Below are positions 50,711 through 62,870 of a stretch of 64,000 nt of DNA, piece after piece. The notes under the pieces are model-generated. The model saw only the letters and a program-made list of their open reading frames with translations, had not been told where the DNA came from and searched no databases. The position numbers and the translations under genes are program-made. Position 1 is the stretch's first letter, and the number at the start of each line of letters is the position of its first letter. The stretch is from Octopus sinensis (taxonomy: Eukaryota), in the NCBI RefSeq assembly GCF_006345805.1, contig NC_043004.1, forward strand, positions 81,592,001-81,656,000, given 5' to 3'.

Positions 50711-50750
<40 letters not shown>
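48888..50750 (+). repeat. ~925-bp tandem duplication in PRIM2 intron 10
   Basis: cgaatgggaacgtg at 48888 and 49813; copies look identical apart from (TA)n lengths. Confidence 0.92.
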
Positions 50751-50755
<5 letters not shown>

Positions 50756-51304
50756 TGTGACCGACCAGGCTATCAGATGTTGCTACACATCGCTGGTCAC
50801 AATGTGCTTCGCATTGTTTTTAGCCTTCAAATGACGCCACCCAGCTGGGTAAGCGAGCTGGCCAACAGAAGAATGAGTGAGAGAAAGTTGCGGCGAAAGA
50901 GTACAGCAGGGATCACCACCACCACCCTGCCGGAGCCTCGTGGAGCTTTAGGTGTTTTCATTCAATAAACACTCACAACGCCCGGTCTGGGAATCGAAAC
51001 CGCGATCCTATGACCGCGAGTCCGCTACCCTAACCACTGGGCCATTGCGCCTCCACATATATATAAATATACACACACTCACACATACACATACATACAA
51101 AGTATGGGGGTTTAGTTCACAGGTAAACAATTAGGTATGTGCTGTAATGGATTACTGGAGCTCCATGGTTATTGCCGAGACGGTATTTATGGAGCCATTG
51201 CAGATTTCCAATGCAGCGGATATATAATTGTTAAACAGGACAGCAAACATTAAACATATATATGTGTAATGCACAACACATTTTTCTCTCTTTCTTTCTT
51301 GCAG

Positions 51305-51501
51305 TGTCCTCAACACCCGTCCGAATTGTAAAACTGTCCCAGGCACAGTCCGGCTCTTCACAGAGAAATCAGACCGTAAAATCTCCCTTGGTCCCTAAAA
51401 ACGACAGCAACGACACACTCCTTGATGATGATGATATTGATGATGCCCTCTTGGCTGACCAGTTTCTTGATGCCCAGGACATGAATGAGATATCAACCTG
51501 A
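51305..51501 (+). CDS. PRIM2: PRIM2 terminal coding exon (VSSTPVR...DDDDIDDALLADQFLDAQDMNEIST*)
   Basis: Long pyrimidine tract + gcag acceptor; phase 1 matches the exon 10 donor; acidic tail then TGA. Joined CDS is 1557 nt (518 aa). Little sequence homology, so the assignment rests on splice signals and phase. Confidence 0.75.
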
Positions 51502-52058
51502 AGTCTTTACAATCTTTCTCTTCTTCTTTCCCTCCTGTCTTCTTTCTTCGCGTTATTTCAAATGATGACAAATAGCAAGTTGTTTGTTTTTGTTTGTGTT
51601 AGTGTATATGTATATATATATATGTTAGAAGTATTGGGGGTGATGTACAGATTTAATACATATGAAAGAAAAAAGGTGTTCAGAATGCTGGATGGTTGTT
51701 AAAATATATATTTATTTACATATCACATATTATTTCTTCATATTAGCGCTTTCAACTACTCCTGTAGTTTCATCAGAAAATGGACTTGGGAGCATATCCG
51801 AACTGTAAAGCCAATTGTCTGCGTGAAATAGAACCACATCGTAAAAACAGGAATACAGTAGTTGCATTTCAGCCATCCATCCATCCATCCATCCAGATAG
51901 AATGGTGATGGTCACAGAAAAAATTTATTGAACTGTTTTGAATTATCAATATTTCTACAGGAGTAGTTGAAAGCACTAATATGAAGTAATAATATGTGAT
52001 ATGTAAATAAATATATATTTTTACAACCATCCAGGATTCTGAACACCTTTTTTCTTTC

Positions 52059-52090
<32 letters not shown>

Positions 52091-52154
52091 TCTTATTAAA
52101 TGTTCTTTTCATTTTGTGTGTATGTAATTTCGTGTTTTTGGCATCTGAAATATA

Positions 52155-52850
52155 CAGGGTCGCCACAAAGTCACGCACCATGGGAGATATGAAGCATGCT
52201 TTATTAGCAATGAAGTAGACGATCCATTACAAATGTCCAAAGTGTTGGCCATGTTGCTCTAAACAAGTGTTCATACAGAATCTGAAATTGCGATGAACCC
52301 TCACAAATAGCTGTTCCTTGCTGTTGACTTGTTCAAATGCTTCAACAATTCTTTGAAGAAGATGTCCTTTGTAATGAATCTTTTCAGAATATACATGAGA
52401 TTATGTGTAGCCCCAGAAGGAAAAGTCCATGCAAGTTAAATCTGGTGACTGTGGTGCCCACGATGCCTGAACCATCTCCCTGGAAAATGTTCCATTCAAG
52501 AAATCACGAACCTGTAATGTATAATGGGGTGGAGCCCCATCCTGCTGAAACTATACGGGATTTCCCCTTCCAAGTGAATGCACATGAGGCATCATCTTGT
52601 TGCCAAGCATGTCCAGATACGAATCACATGTCACAGAGCTCGCGAAGTAAAATGGTTCAATTACTTGATTGTGCCAAATCCCATACCATACCATACCATT
52701 ACCTTGTCCCTGCCTTGTTGGTTTTCTGCCTCCATCCAATGAGAATTCGTTTTTGAGTAATATTGGCAGTTGGGAAAAAAGGTTAAAAATGGAGAGGATG
52801 TTAGCAATGTCACTTATTGCAGGATGGTGCGTGAGTTTATGGTCACCCTG
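52155..52850 (-). mobile_element. Internally deleted Tc1/mariner-superfamily element (DD41D-like catalytic remnant)
   Basis: TA|CAGGGTCGCCACAAAGTCACGCACCAT / ATGGTGCGTGAGTTTATGGTCACCCTG|TA; minus strand reads FQQDGAPPHY...WAPQSPDLTCMDFSFWG, with stops. Confidence 0.85.
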
Positions 52851-54902
52851 TAAATGTTAAATGATGATGATGATGATGATGGTTAGGAGGGTAGGCTGTT
52901 CCTGCAACACTTTATAGAGTCTCCAAGACTGGGAGCGGACAGAAGGAAATAATCCTCAAACTGAAGATCCATATATGCGAATGTATGTGTGTGTGTTGAG
53001 AGAGAGAGAAAAAAAGGGGTCAAATTGAGAGAAAAGGAGAAACAGTCAAGATTGGAGGAGAGAGAGAGAGAAAGGTGGGAGCAGGTGAAAGATCATTAGA
53101 GAAAGGGAGAGAGAGAAAGAATAAAAGATGTAGGGGCAGCGCTCAGCTGGAATTTGAGAGTTTAGGGTTTGATTCTGTGTAGCAGCTTGCCGGATGCTTA
53201 CAGATGCAGGCATGGTTGTGCAGTAAGAAGCTTGCTTCCCAACCACATGGATCCAGGTTCAGTCCCACTGCATGGCATCCTGGCCAAATGTCTTTTATTT
53301 TACCCTTGGGCTGATCAAAGCCTTGAGAGTGGATTTGGAAACTGAAAGAAGCCCATTGTGTGTGTGTGTGTGTCTGTTTTTGTCTCTCCCCCACTGCTTG
53401 ACAACCAGTGTTGGTGTGTTTACATCCCCGTAACTTTGCGGATCGACACAAAGTGTCCAATCGAATAAGTACCAGGCTTGAAATAAAAGGGGGGGCGGAA
53501 TCACTGGGGTCGATTTGTTTGACTAAATTCTTCAAGGTGGTGCCCCAGCATGGCCACAGTCTAAATGACTGGAACATGTAGAAGATAAAAAACATAGACT
53601 CATACATCGACACACAGACATACACACATACTCTCTCTGTCACATACACACACACACACACTGATGAATGAATGCACATACAAGCACACACACACCATCT
53701 TACACATACACTCTTTCACACATACACTCTTTCACACACACACTGATGCATAGATACACATATAAACATGCATACACTCTTTCTCTCTCTCTCACACACA
53801 CACCCTCTCAGTCACTCAGTTTCTCTCTCTCTCCCCTCTCACTCAGTCTCTCTCTATCTCTCTCTCCCTCCTCTCTCAGTCACTCTCTCTCTCCTCCAAT
53901 CAAAACTCTCTGTTTGCTGCTTCTTATCCGTTGCAGACGTTGTTGTTCTGTTTATTGTTGTTGTTGTTATAATTTTATAATTCTTTTGGCAGAAATATTT
54001 GTACAAATAAACTGAAAGGTGTTTCTTTTTTAAAGAAATAAACAGAAAATTTCAAAGACATTTAAAAATAGTCTGTGTCATCATCGTTGTCATCATTGTC
54101 ATCATCATTGTCATCATAATCTCATCATCACCATAATTTTCGTTGCCATCATCACCAGTATCATTGTCATCATCATCATCATCAGCATCATCAATATCAT
54201 CATCATCATCATTTTCATCATCAGCATTATCATCATCATCGTTGTCAACACTATCATCATCATTGTCATCATCATCATCATCATCATAACCCATTGTCCA
54301 TGCTGGCATAGGCTGGATGGTTTGACAGGAGCTGGCAAGCCGTGGGGCTGCCCGGGCTCCATTGTTTTGGCATGGTTTCCACAGCTGGATGCCCTTCCTA
54401 ATGCCGACCACTTTACAGAGTGTACTTGGTTCCTTTTTATGTGCCACTGGAAACAGTGCTTTTTACCTGGTGCCAGTACAGTTGCTTTATATGTGACACC
54501 AGCACAAGTGCCTTTTACGTGGCACCAGAACCAGTGCTTTTTACTTGGTACTAGCATGGATGTTTTCTACCTGGCACCTCTATCTCTGCAAAAATCATCA
54601 TCTTCGTCATCGTCGTCGTCATTCGTTTTAACGTCCATTTTTCTGTGCCCGTACGAGGCACAATTTACTCTTTACTCTTGTACTCTTTTACCTGTTTCAG
54701 TCATTTGACTGCGGCCATGCTGGAGCACCGCCTTTAATCGAGCAACTTGACCCCGGGACTTATTCTTTTGTAAGCCCAGTACTTATTCTATCGGTCTCTT
54801 TTGCCGAACTGCTAAGTAACGGGGACATAAACACACTAGCATCGGTTGTCAAGCAATACTAGGGGACAAACACACACACACGCATATATATATATACATA
54901 TA

Positions 54903-55826
54903 CTAGCAGCATAGCCCGGCGTTGCCCGGGTATGTAAGAGCCCCTAGTAGGCAACGACCAATCCCGATCTAGTCCTTTCTCTCTAGGGAACGAAGGCGCA
55001 TGTGTAGGTTGCAATGTCTTCTCTTCACTCCAGTACTTCTGTGTATACGATGTTCCTAGCTGTCCCTTTGGGCGAAAACATGAAAACATCATTGCGCCTC
55101 CCAACGCATGAACAGCTCGCGTAGAGTTGACCGTGGGCGAAGCACTGTTCGCCCAAATGTAACCCAGTGACTTGTAGCGTTTGGCCTTGGGATTTATTGA
55201 TGGACATTGCGAAACAGAGTTTAACAGGAAACTGAGAACGCCTGAAGTGGATTGGTAGGTCAGCGCCTGACGGTTGAAGGTGCATGCGTGGAATGAAGAC
55301 ATCCTCTCCCTTCCCACAACCGGTAAGTATTGTGGCTGTTATTAAATGTGGTGCCAAATGCTTCACAACCAGACGTGTGCCATTGCACTGTTTAGGTGGA
55401 ACTAAATTCCTGATGAGCATAATGGGCGCACCGACTTTTAACTTCAGAATGCGTGGCGGCAGGCCTGGTGGTTCAAGTGAATTCAAGAATTCAACAGGAT
55501 AATCGGCAAACTCGGCGAGGTCTGCTGTCCTATCTATAGATTTGTAGACCTGGACATCACCAGGAATAGCTTCAAGTTGCTGGATATTGATGGAGTTGAC
55601 GGTTGTATTTTTGGGTGCGAGAATAGCTCTGCCTGCCAGCCATTTTAGGTCGCGTAAATTGTTTTGTAGGTCATGGAAGACAGCGTCCTGGAGGCTAGCA
55701 TGGGTGTCGACAGTGGTGCAAAGTGAGTCCAATTGAACACAGCCGTCCGCATCAGCTGGCATCCTATTTTCACCGAGCGATCAAAAGTCCCTTGAGAATG
55801 CAGCGGATCCGCAGTCACCAAAGAGC
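54903..55826 (-). mobile_element. 3' portion of an autonomous-type Helitron with PIF1-family helicase C-terminus (ORF 55025-55762)
   Basis: RAILAPKN, YPVEFLNSLEPPGLPP, LKVGAPIMLIRNL, CNGTRL, QFPVKLCFAMSINKSQGQTL, HGQLY, NIVYTEVL; minus-strand 3' end CCCGGGCAACGCCGGG...CTAG|T at 54903. Confidence 0.93.
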
Positions 55827-56822
55827 TGGCGGTGTCATATGAAAATGTCCCTGTTATGAGAAAAAAGATACGCTGTGGCCATAAAATGAGGGGTCACTCG
55901 TAAACAGAGCTGGATAACAAAACCGTTCCCTCTTTAGTGTCCACCCATAATTATGACCCTAGTATCGATCTATTGCATTTCAATCTGTTTTAGGGTTAGG
56001 GTTGAGAGGAAAATTAAAACTGCATATGTTGTGAACTTAGAATATGTGTTTATTAATAAAAGTTTAATAACGATAATCTTTTATTCATACGAACGTAACT
56101 GATATGAAATATGTCATAAATAACAGTGACAAATTCATATGACACAGCCAGAAAATGTTGTTGACACACTACGGCAGAAATCCTTTTCACCTCAATAGAC
56201 GTCATTGATTGGTTGAAATTGCCGAAATGCAAGAAAATAAACAATAAATATCTTACAAACTACAGAATTTTCTCAAGAAAGCCAAGAGAAAAAGATGTTT
56301 TATAAACACATTCTACCAGTATACGAAGTTTAAAAGCGTTTAGTTACGTGGAAATTATTTAAAAAAAAAACTGCCGGTCAAACTGAAAAGATCCGAACTT
56401 TGGCTCCACGCACAATCACGGAGAGAGGCAGGGAATCGATAAAGGAAGATGATGTATATTTCCTTATTCCGTGCTCCCATCACGCATCGAGGATGGGCAG
56501 AGACAAAGCAGGAGAAGACAACTTGGCAAGAGTCGCCTCCCTTACAGTTAAACGCGGAAAGTAGACCAGAAGTTGACCCGGAAGAAACAGTAAGATTTGA
56601 TCAATAAAATAAGATGTAGGCAGAAATAAGTATTGAATTCGAAACTAAATGACTTAAACACCTGAAGGGAGTGTCTGATATCTTGGGGGGGGAGTGGTTT
56701 GTCAGTTATATCGACTGATACTTATTTTATCGATCACGAAAGAATGAAGTGCAAAGTCGACTTGGGCGTAATTTGAACTCAGAACGTAATGAACCGGGAG
56801 AAATGCTACAACCGCCTTAATG

Positions 56823-57207
56823 GGGAAGCACTTCGTCGGTTACGACGACGAGGGTTCCGGTTGATCCGAATCAACGGAACAGCCTGCTCGTGAAATTAAC
56901 GTGTAAGTGGCTGAGCACTCCGCAGACACGTGTACCCTTAACGTAGTTCTCGGGGATATTCAGCGTGACACAGAGAGTGACAAGGCCGGCCCTTTGAAAT
57001 ACAGGGTACAACAGAAACAGGAAGTAAGAGTGAGAGAAAGTTGTGGTAAAAAAGTACAGCAGGGATCACCACCATCCCCTGCCGGAGCCTCGTGGAGCTT
57101 TTAGGTGTTTTCGCTCAATAAACACTCACAACGCCCGGTCTGGGAATCGAAACCGCGATCCTATGACCGCGAGTCCGCTGCCCTAACCACTGGGCCATTG
57201 CGCCTCC
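56823..57207 (-). mobile_element. SINE family D, second full copy
   Basis: Reverse complement of 28469-28840 with few differences. Confidence 0.85.
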
Positions 57208-58315
57208 GACAACCGCCTTAATAATAATAATAATAATAATAATGACTGTGACGACGACGTGATGACGATCATGATTATGATGATGATGGTGGTGGTGGTT
57301 TTGATGACGAAAAGACGAGTTGGACAGTTGAGGGATCGTACACGAGGTCATTCGACTTGCTATAAATGGTAGTTAAATCTTAAATTATATCCCAATACTT
57401 TAAAGAAGAAGGATATATTTGACAATGTAGCGCTGGACGCATACATTCATATTTACACTCATATACATACATATAATGTGAACATAGATTCATACATACA
57501 TATACACATTTATACATAAGTTCATACACACATACATTCGTACATACATGCATACACACCCCCACACACATATACATACCTATTTCTTTACTACCCACAA
57601 GGGGCTAAACACAGAGAGGACAAACAAGGACAGACGAAGGGATTAAGTCGATTATATCGATCCCAGTGCGTAACTGGTACTTATTTAATCGACCCCGAAA
57701 GGATGAAAGGCAAAGTCGACCTCGGCGGAATTTGAACTCAGAACGTAACGGCAGAAGAAATACCGCTAAGAATTTCGCCCGGCGTGCTAACGTTTCTGCC
57801 AGCTCGCCGCCTTAACACACATATACACACCTACGTACATACATACATCATACATGCAAACATATATACACACAAGATCTCCAAGAGCTGTCCTGTCTTG
57901 ATTCAAACAAGAGTCTCGCCATTTTGTCAGTTACAAGTTAGAATTCTGCAATGGAAAAGAATCTTAAAAATAAACATGCGTACATATAAACATACATATA
58001 TACACTCACACATAGATACATGCATCTACACACACACACATTTCTTAAAGAACAACACGAAGAGACCTTTTTTTAGGTGACCTCCAAAAAAAAACTGTTT
58101 TCTGTTTTTTTTCAGTCGTTCTTTCAAACCACTTTATTTAATTGAGAGATGAAGTCTTTTTACCAATGAATTATGAAGATTTTATTCTTGTTTATTTATT
58201 TTTTTTGTTTTTTGGTAAATTGTCTGATCTTTTGTTGGATTTCCTGTTCAATTTAATTTAAAAATACTTTTTTTAAAAAATCCACAAATATTAGAAATGA
58301 GGATTTAATAACACT

Positions 58316-59385
58316 TTAAAGAGACTCCTCATCGGATGCTCGTCTTGTGCGTTCTGATAGTTTTGTGGGCTCGCTTTGACTTACATGTATTATATCTGCC
58401 TTTGTCTGATCTGGTACCATCTTGCTTTGGCTTGTTGAAGACATATCTCCATGCGAACCCAAAACTTGACCCTTTATTTGAAACGTGAAGTCTATGGCAG
58501 AAACCCTTCGTAAAGGGTTGAGAATAGGGTCCCTAGTTTGCCACCATTCCCTACCTGTAGTTTCTTGAGCGTTACCCGATAGAGGAGCAAGTACTGTTCG
58601 TGACTGGAATGCCTGAAAAGGACACGATTCAATCTCAGCGGGAGGGCTTATTGCCGTTAATGCTAAAAGAGAAGTTAAACGTGTGGCTGCTTTTTGTCCG
58701 TTTGCTGAGGGCATTTGACTTCGTTGTGCTAAATGGGGGTCTGAAGAAAACAGTCTTGAAGCGAGTCTACTCGCTTCGGAACTGGGGCTTAGAGTAGTAA
58801 TTTTGGGACGACCCAGTACACTCTCGATCGAGATACTTTTTTTAGTGGTGGGGAAAAACCCTTCAAAAGAGGTAGCATGGAAAAAGTTATTGCGAGGTAC
58901 GTTTCGTCGAGATCGTTGTACATGCGGGAAACTCTCTCTCCTCACCGTAACACGGATCGACTCACGCCGAAAGTAACTCAACGGCAGACTATGTCGACGT
59001 GAACCAGGAACAAAGTTCTCTCGGTTTTCCATTATGGGAGAATTACTTCGGAGACTTTCTGAATGATCCAAGGAGCCGTGCCTGGACGGTAATGTGGAGA
59101 GGAATCGGGTTTCTCCAATGATATCCCCTTCCTCTGACTCGCTGTTGTCCGTATCGCCATTTACGTTGCTGTCCTCGTTCAGTTCATCTTGTTCAAACAC
59201 AGAAGACAAACTTCCGGACGTATGCTCCTCGTTCAGTTCGGCTTCTTTCTGTAACTCTACGGCCCTTTCTTTTTCCCAACGGTTTTTGTTCGTCTTCACG
59301 TTATCTAACATGTTCTTCGACAGTTCCGACCGCATAAAACGCCGCCATTCGTGAAATAAGGGGTAAACAACATGCTCCATGAAAC
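58316..59385 (-). CDS. PDE7: PDE7-like phosphodiesterase, terminal coding exon (end of catalytic domain + ~320-aa tail)
   Basis: tttcag acceptor; GFMEHVVYPLFHEWRRF..LS..ML..V..NK..W resembles PDE7 GFMTYLVEPLFTEWARF..LSQTMLGHVGLNKASW more than PDE4; open to the stop at 58316. The subfamily call is from memory. Confidence 0.8.
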
Positions 59386-59391
59386 CTGAAA

Positions 59392-59437
<46 letters not shown>

Positions 59438-59831
59438 TCAAATTTTTGCTACAAGGACAGAATGGGGGAGGGGATTAAGTCGATTTCATCGACCCCAGTA
59501 CGTAACTAGTACTTTATTTAATCGACCCCGAAAGGATGAAAGGCAAAGTCGACCGCGGCGGAATTTGGACTCAGAACATAAAGACAGACGAAATAACTTT
59601 TTCTTTACTACCCGCAAGGGGCTAAACACAGAGGGGACAAACAAGGACAGACAAACGGATTAAGTCGATTACATCGACCCCAGTGCACAACTGGTGCTTA
59701 ATTTATCGACCCCGAAAGGATGAAAGGCAAAGTCAACCTCGGCGGAATTTGAACTCAGAACGTAGCAGCAGACGAAACACTGCTAATCATTTCGTCCGGC
59801 GTGCTAACGTTTCTGCCCGCTCGCCGCCTCC

Positions 59832-59863
<32 letters not shown>

Positions 59864-59868
<5 letters not shown>

Positions 59869-60420
59869 GCCCTGATACAGTGGCTCTCATGGTTGCTGAT
59901 CTTAACTGATTGGAAGTGTTATCATGTACATCTTTTTTCTTGGTATAAAAGATCGGCTACAGCAAATATTCTGCTCAATACCACAGATTTGCTCGTCAGT
60001 TGTTTGACCATAACCAGTTGAGTATGACCCTTAGTGGCTGACGATATGTGCATCTCTGATCATGAGCAGAAGTAGTGGGGGAGCATCATAGCCGTGTGTT
60101 GAAAGGAATTCTTAGAGGTTTGGATAATTCACCTTTGGAAACATGGGTGGTTCGTTCAACATCCTTAAACAATCCTCATTCAGGGACCTTTTGAGCGGGA
60201 TGGGCTACTCGATCAGAAGAAAATTCTAACTGGGCCCCACCTGCAAGGTCATGCGCTGTTTATCTTGATATGAGATCACCATGTCGCGTACATATGGTTG
60301 TGATGTATGTGCCTAGTGTACCCTTATCAGACAGGTAGTCATGATGGGGATACTGGGCTTCGTATATTTGTACCCCAGTGTCACTTTGGTAGCATGCACT
60401 ACTCAGTCACTCAATAATAA
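59864..60420 (+). mobile_element. Interspersed repeat family E flanked by (TAA)n (copies at approx. 2306-2760+ and 1706-1892-)
   Basis: High-identity ~550-bp repeat seen three times; (TAA)n tail suggests a non-LTR 3' end. Confidence 0.75.
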
Positions 60421-60981
60421 TAATAGTAATAATAATAATCCAATTCGTGGCTTATCCACTGAAAGTGATCCCTGGCTTACTATCTATGCAAGAAATACAA
60501 AACATTGTCTTAACTGGCAACTGGTCACACGTATTGAGAAGAGAGCATTGTCGCTGTGAATTTTTTCGCTTTGTTTTCTTTTTTTGTTCTATCACATATC
60601 TTGACTTTATAAATGAACAACCAGGTGTGTTTATTTTTTATGACCTACCAATGTACACGGCAAGTTTCTTTGTCCTAGGTGTTGCGAAGACACCCGGCAA
60701 GAAATGGAAACAAAATTGAAAGAAAAAAAAATTTTGAACCCCCCCAATCGTTTCTTCTTTTAGGGAATTTAAGGGTCTTTCAATTGCACGTCTGACCATT
60801 CTGGATTTAAGTGGGGTCAAAAATAATCATAACATCAAGAAGAGCAATTTTGCTTCACGGAATTTTTATGTATTTCATTCAAAACTTAAACGTCTAACGC
60901 AGGGTTTTCCAACCTGTTTTACTATCAATGGTCCCTTTTATTCAAATAAATTTTTATATACGACCCTAAGGTTTTGAAAAG

Positions 60982-61028
<47 letters not shown>

Positions 61029-62196
61029 CAATTTTATTGAATAATAAAAAAAAAAGCCCTCGTTTTCTTACGTTTTATGTAAGAAGTGAAAACTATAACT
61101 AACCGTCACGTTACGGAAACAATATATATGCGACCGAATAATTTGACATAATTGAGTAATGATAGATTTTTACACTACAGCTTTTTAAAATTTTAAGCAC
61201 AACTCATTGTGCCCTCCACCATGGACCCATTAGGGCCCATTGTGGAACCTTTAGGGCAGGGGTAGGGAAACCTTTTAGTGCGGCGAGCAAACATTTCCAA
61301 AGAAAAAGGTCCGCAAGCGGATCAGAAGTTCTAATTCTTATATCTGTGTTAATCTTGTATATATCTATGTATAATTCGATATACATTAATAAAGAAAAGT
61401 TTAACATTAAATTAACGCATAACATCTTCATTAACGCCGCCACAGAATTTAGGACTTTTATATTACTTATGCGGTATTCTATATTTTCCAGCTAGTGTGT
61501 AGTTGGGTCTCAAGGGGGTGGCACAAACCTAGCAATACGTGTTTTATAGTTGAAACAAAATTTCCATTCAAATAGCAATCACCGGACGATTTTCTGTTCG
61601 AGACTAAGAGCGCGACCCATGTCGCAAATAGGCGTATGAATATTGTATGATTTCTATAATTGGAAAATTTATTATATTTTTTACATACGAGTGCATAGGC
61701 GCAGGAGTGGCTGTGTGGTAAGTAGCTTGCTAACCAACCACATGGTTCCGGGTTCAGTCCCACTGCGTGGAATCTTGGGCAAGTGTCTTCTACTATAGCC
61801 CCGGGCCGACCAATGCCTTGTGAGTGGATTTGGTAGACGGAAACTGAAAGAAGCCTGTCGTATATATATATATATATGTGTATGTGTGTGTGTGTGTGTG
61901 TGTTTCTATGTCTGTGTTTGTCCCCCTAGCATTGTTTGGTGTGTTTACGTCCCCGTCCCCTAGCGGTTCGGCAAAAGAGACCGATGGAATAAGTACTGGG
62001 CTTACAAAGAATAAGTCCCGGGGTCGATTTGCTCGACTAAAGGCGGTGCTCCAGCATGGCCGCAGTCAAAACGGGCAAAATAAAACGGGCTTGCAGGCGG
62101 AATTCCTCCACTCCTGCTTTAGGGCCTGCGGATCCGAGATGGGGGAACCGTTGGTCTAAAGGAACCTAATGACAAAGATGCTATTCGGACACTTAC

Positions 62197-62277
62197 CGGC
62201 CTGTATTTTCGCCATAGACGTTGAATATCTGTCGCACATTGGTGTGATAGGCAGTTTTAATTTCCTCTCACAGTCAC
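62197..62277 (-). CDS. PDE7: PDE7-like phosphodiesterase, penultimate coding exon (GDCERKLKLPITPMCDRYSTSMAKIQA)
   Basis: ttttctttag acceptor, gtaagt donor, 81 nt, phase 1/1; GDxE..L...P.CDR motif and the invariant Gln of class I PDEs; splices in frame to 59385 giving KIQAGFMEH. Confidence 0.85.
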
Positions 62278-62419
62278 CTAAAGAAAACAAGAAAAACAAA
62301 AAGAAAAACCGAATAAATACAATCGAACGGGATACAAGCATTTTGTTGTATTACGGGAGAATATTCTGGAAGAATGATAGAGTAACGTGGTTTTAGTTGG
62401 AAATTTGGACGGTAAAAAA

Positions 62420-62870
62420 TGATAGGGTGCGATGAATGGTGAATGAGAAGGTGGTAGGAGAAGGGGAAGAGAAGGAGTAGTAGTAGTAGGAGGAGGAGGA
62501 GAAGGGGAAGACGAGTAGAAGGAGGAGATAGAGAAGGGAAGAAGAAGGAGGAAGAGGAGGAGATGGGGAATGGAAGAAGAGGAGGAGATGGAGGGGAAAG
62601 AAGAAGGAAGAAAAAGAAGCGATGGAGAGGGAAAGAAGGAGGAAGAAGAGGAATAGATGGAGGGGGAAAGAAGAGTAGTATATGGAGGGGAAAAGAAGAA
62701 GGAGGAAGAAGAGGAGTACATGGAGGGGGAAAGGAGAAGGAGGAGGAAAAGAAGGCAGAGGTGGAAGAAGAGGAAGGGGCGGAGGTGGTTTGCTATACTG
62801 AAGTCTTGAGGTTGAACAACAACAACAACAACAGCAACAACAACAATAACAACCAACAATGAATAATTTA
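62420..62870. repeat. Purine-rich (GGA/GAA) low-complexity tract plus (AAC)n in a PDE intron
   Basis: Direct inspection. Confidence 0.9.

Noticed and set aside
54052-54557. Poly-Asp / poly-Met ORFs
   Set aside because: Translation of a (CAT)n tail adjoining a family C retroposon.
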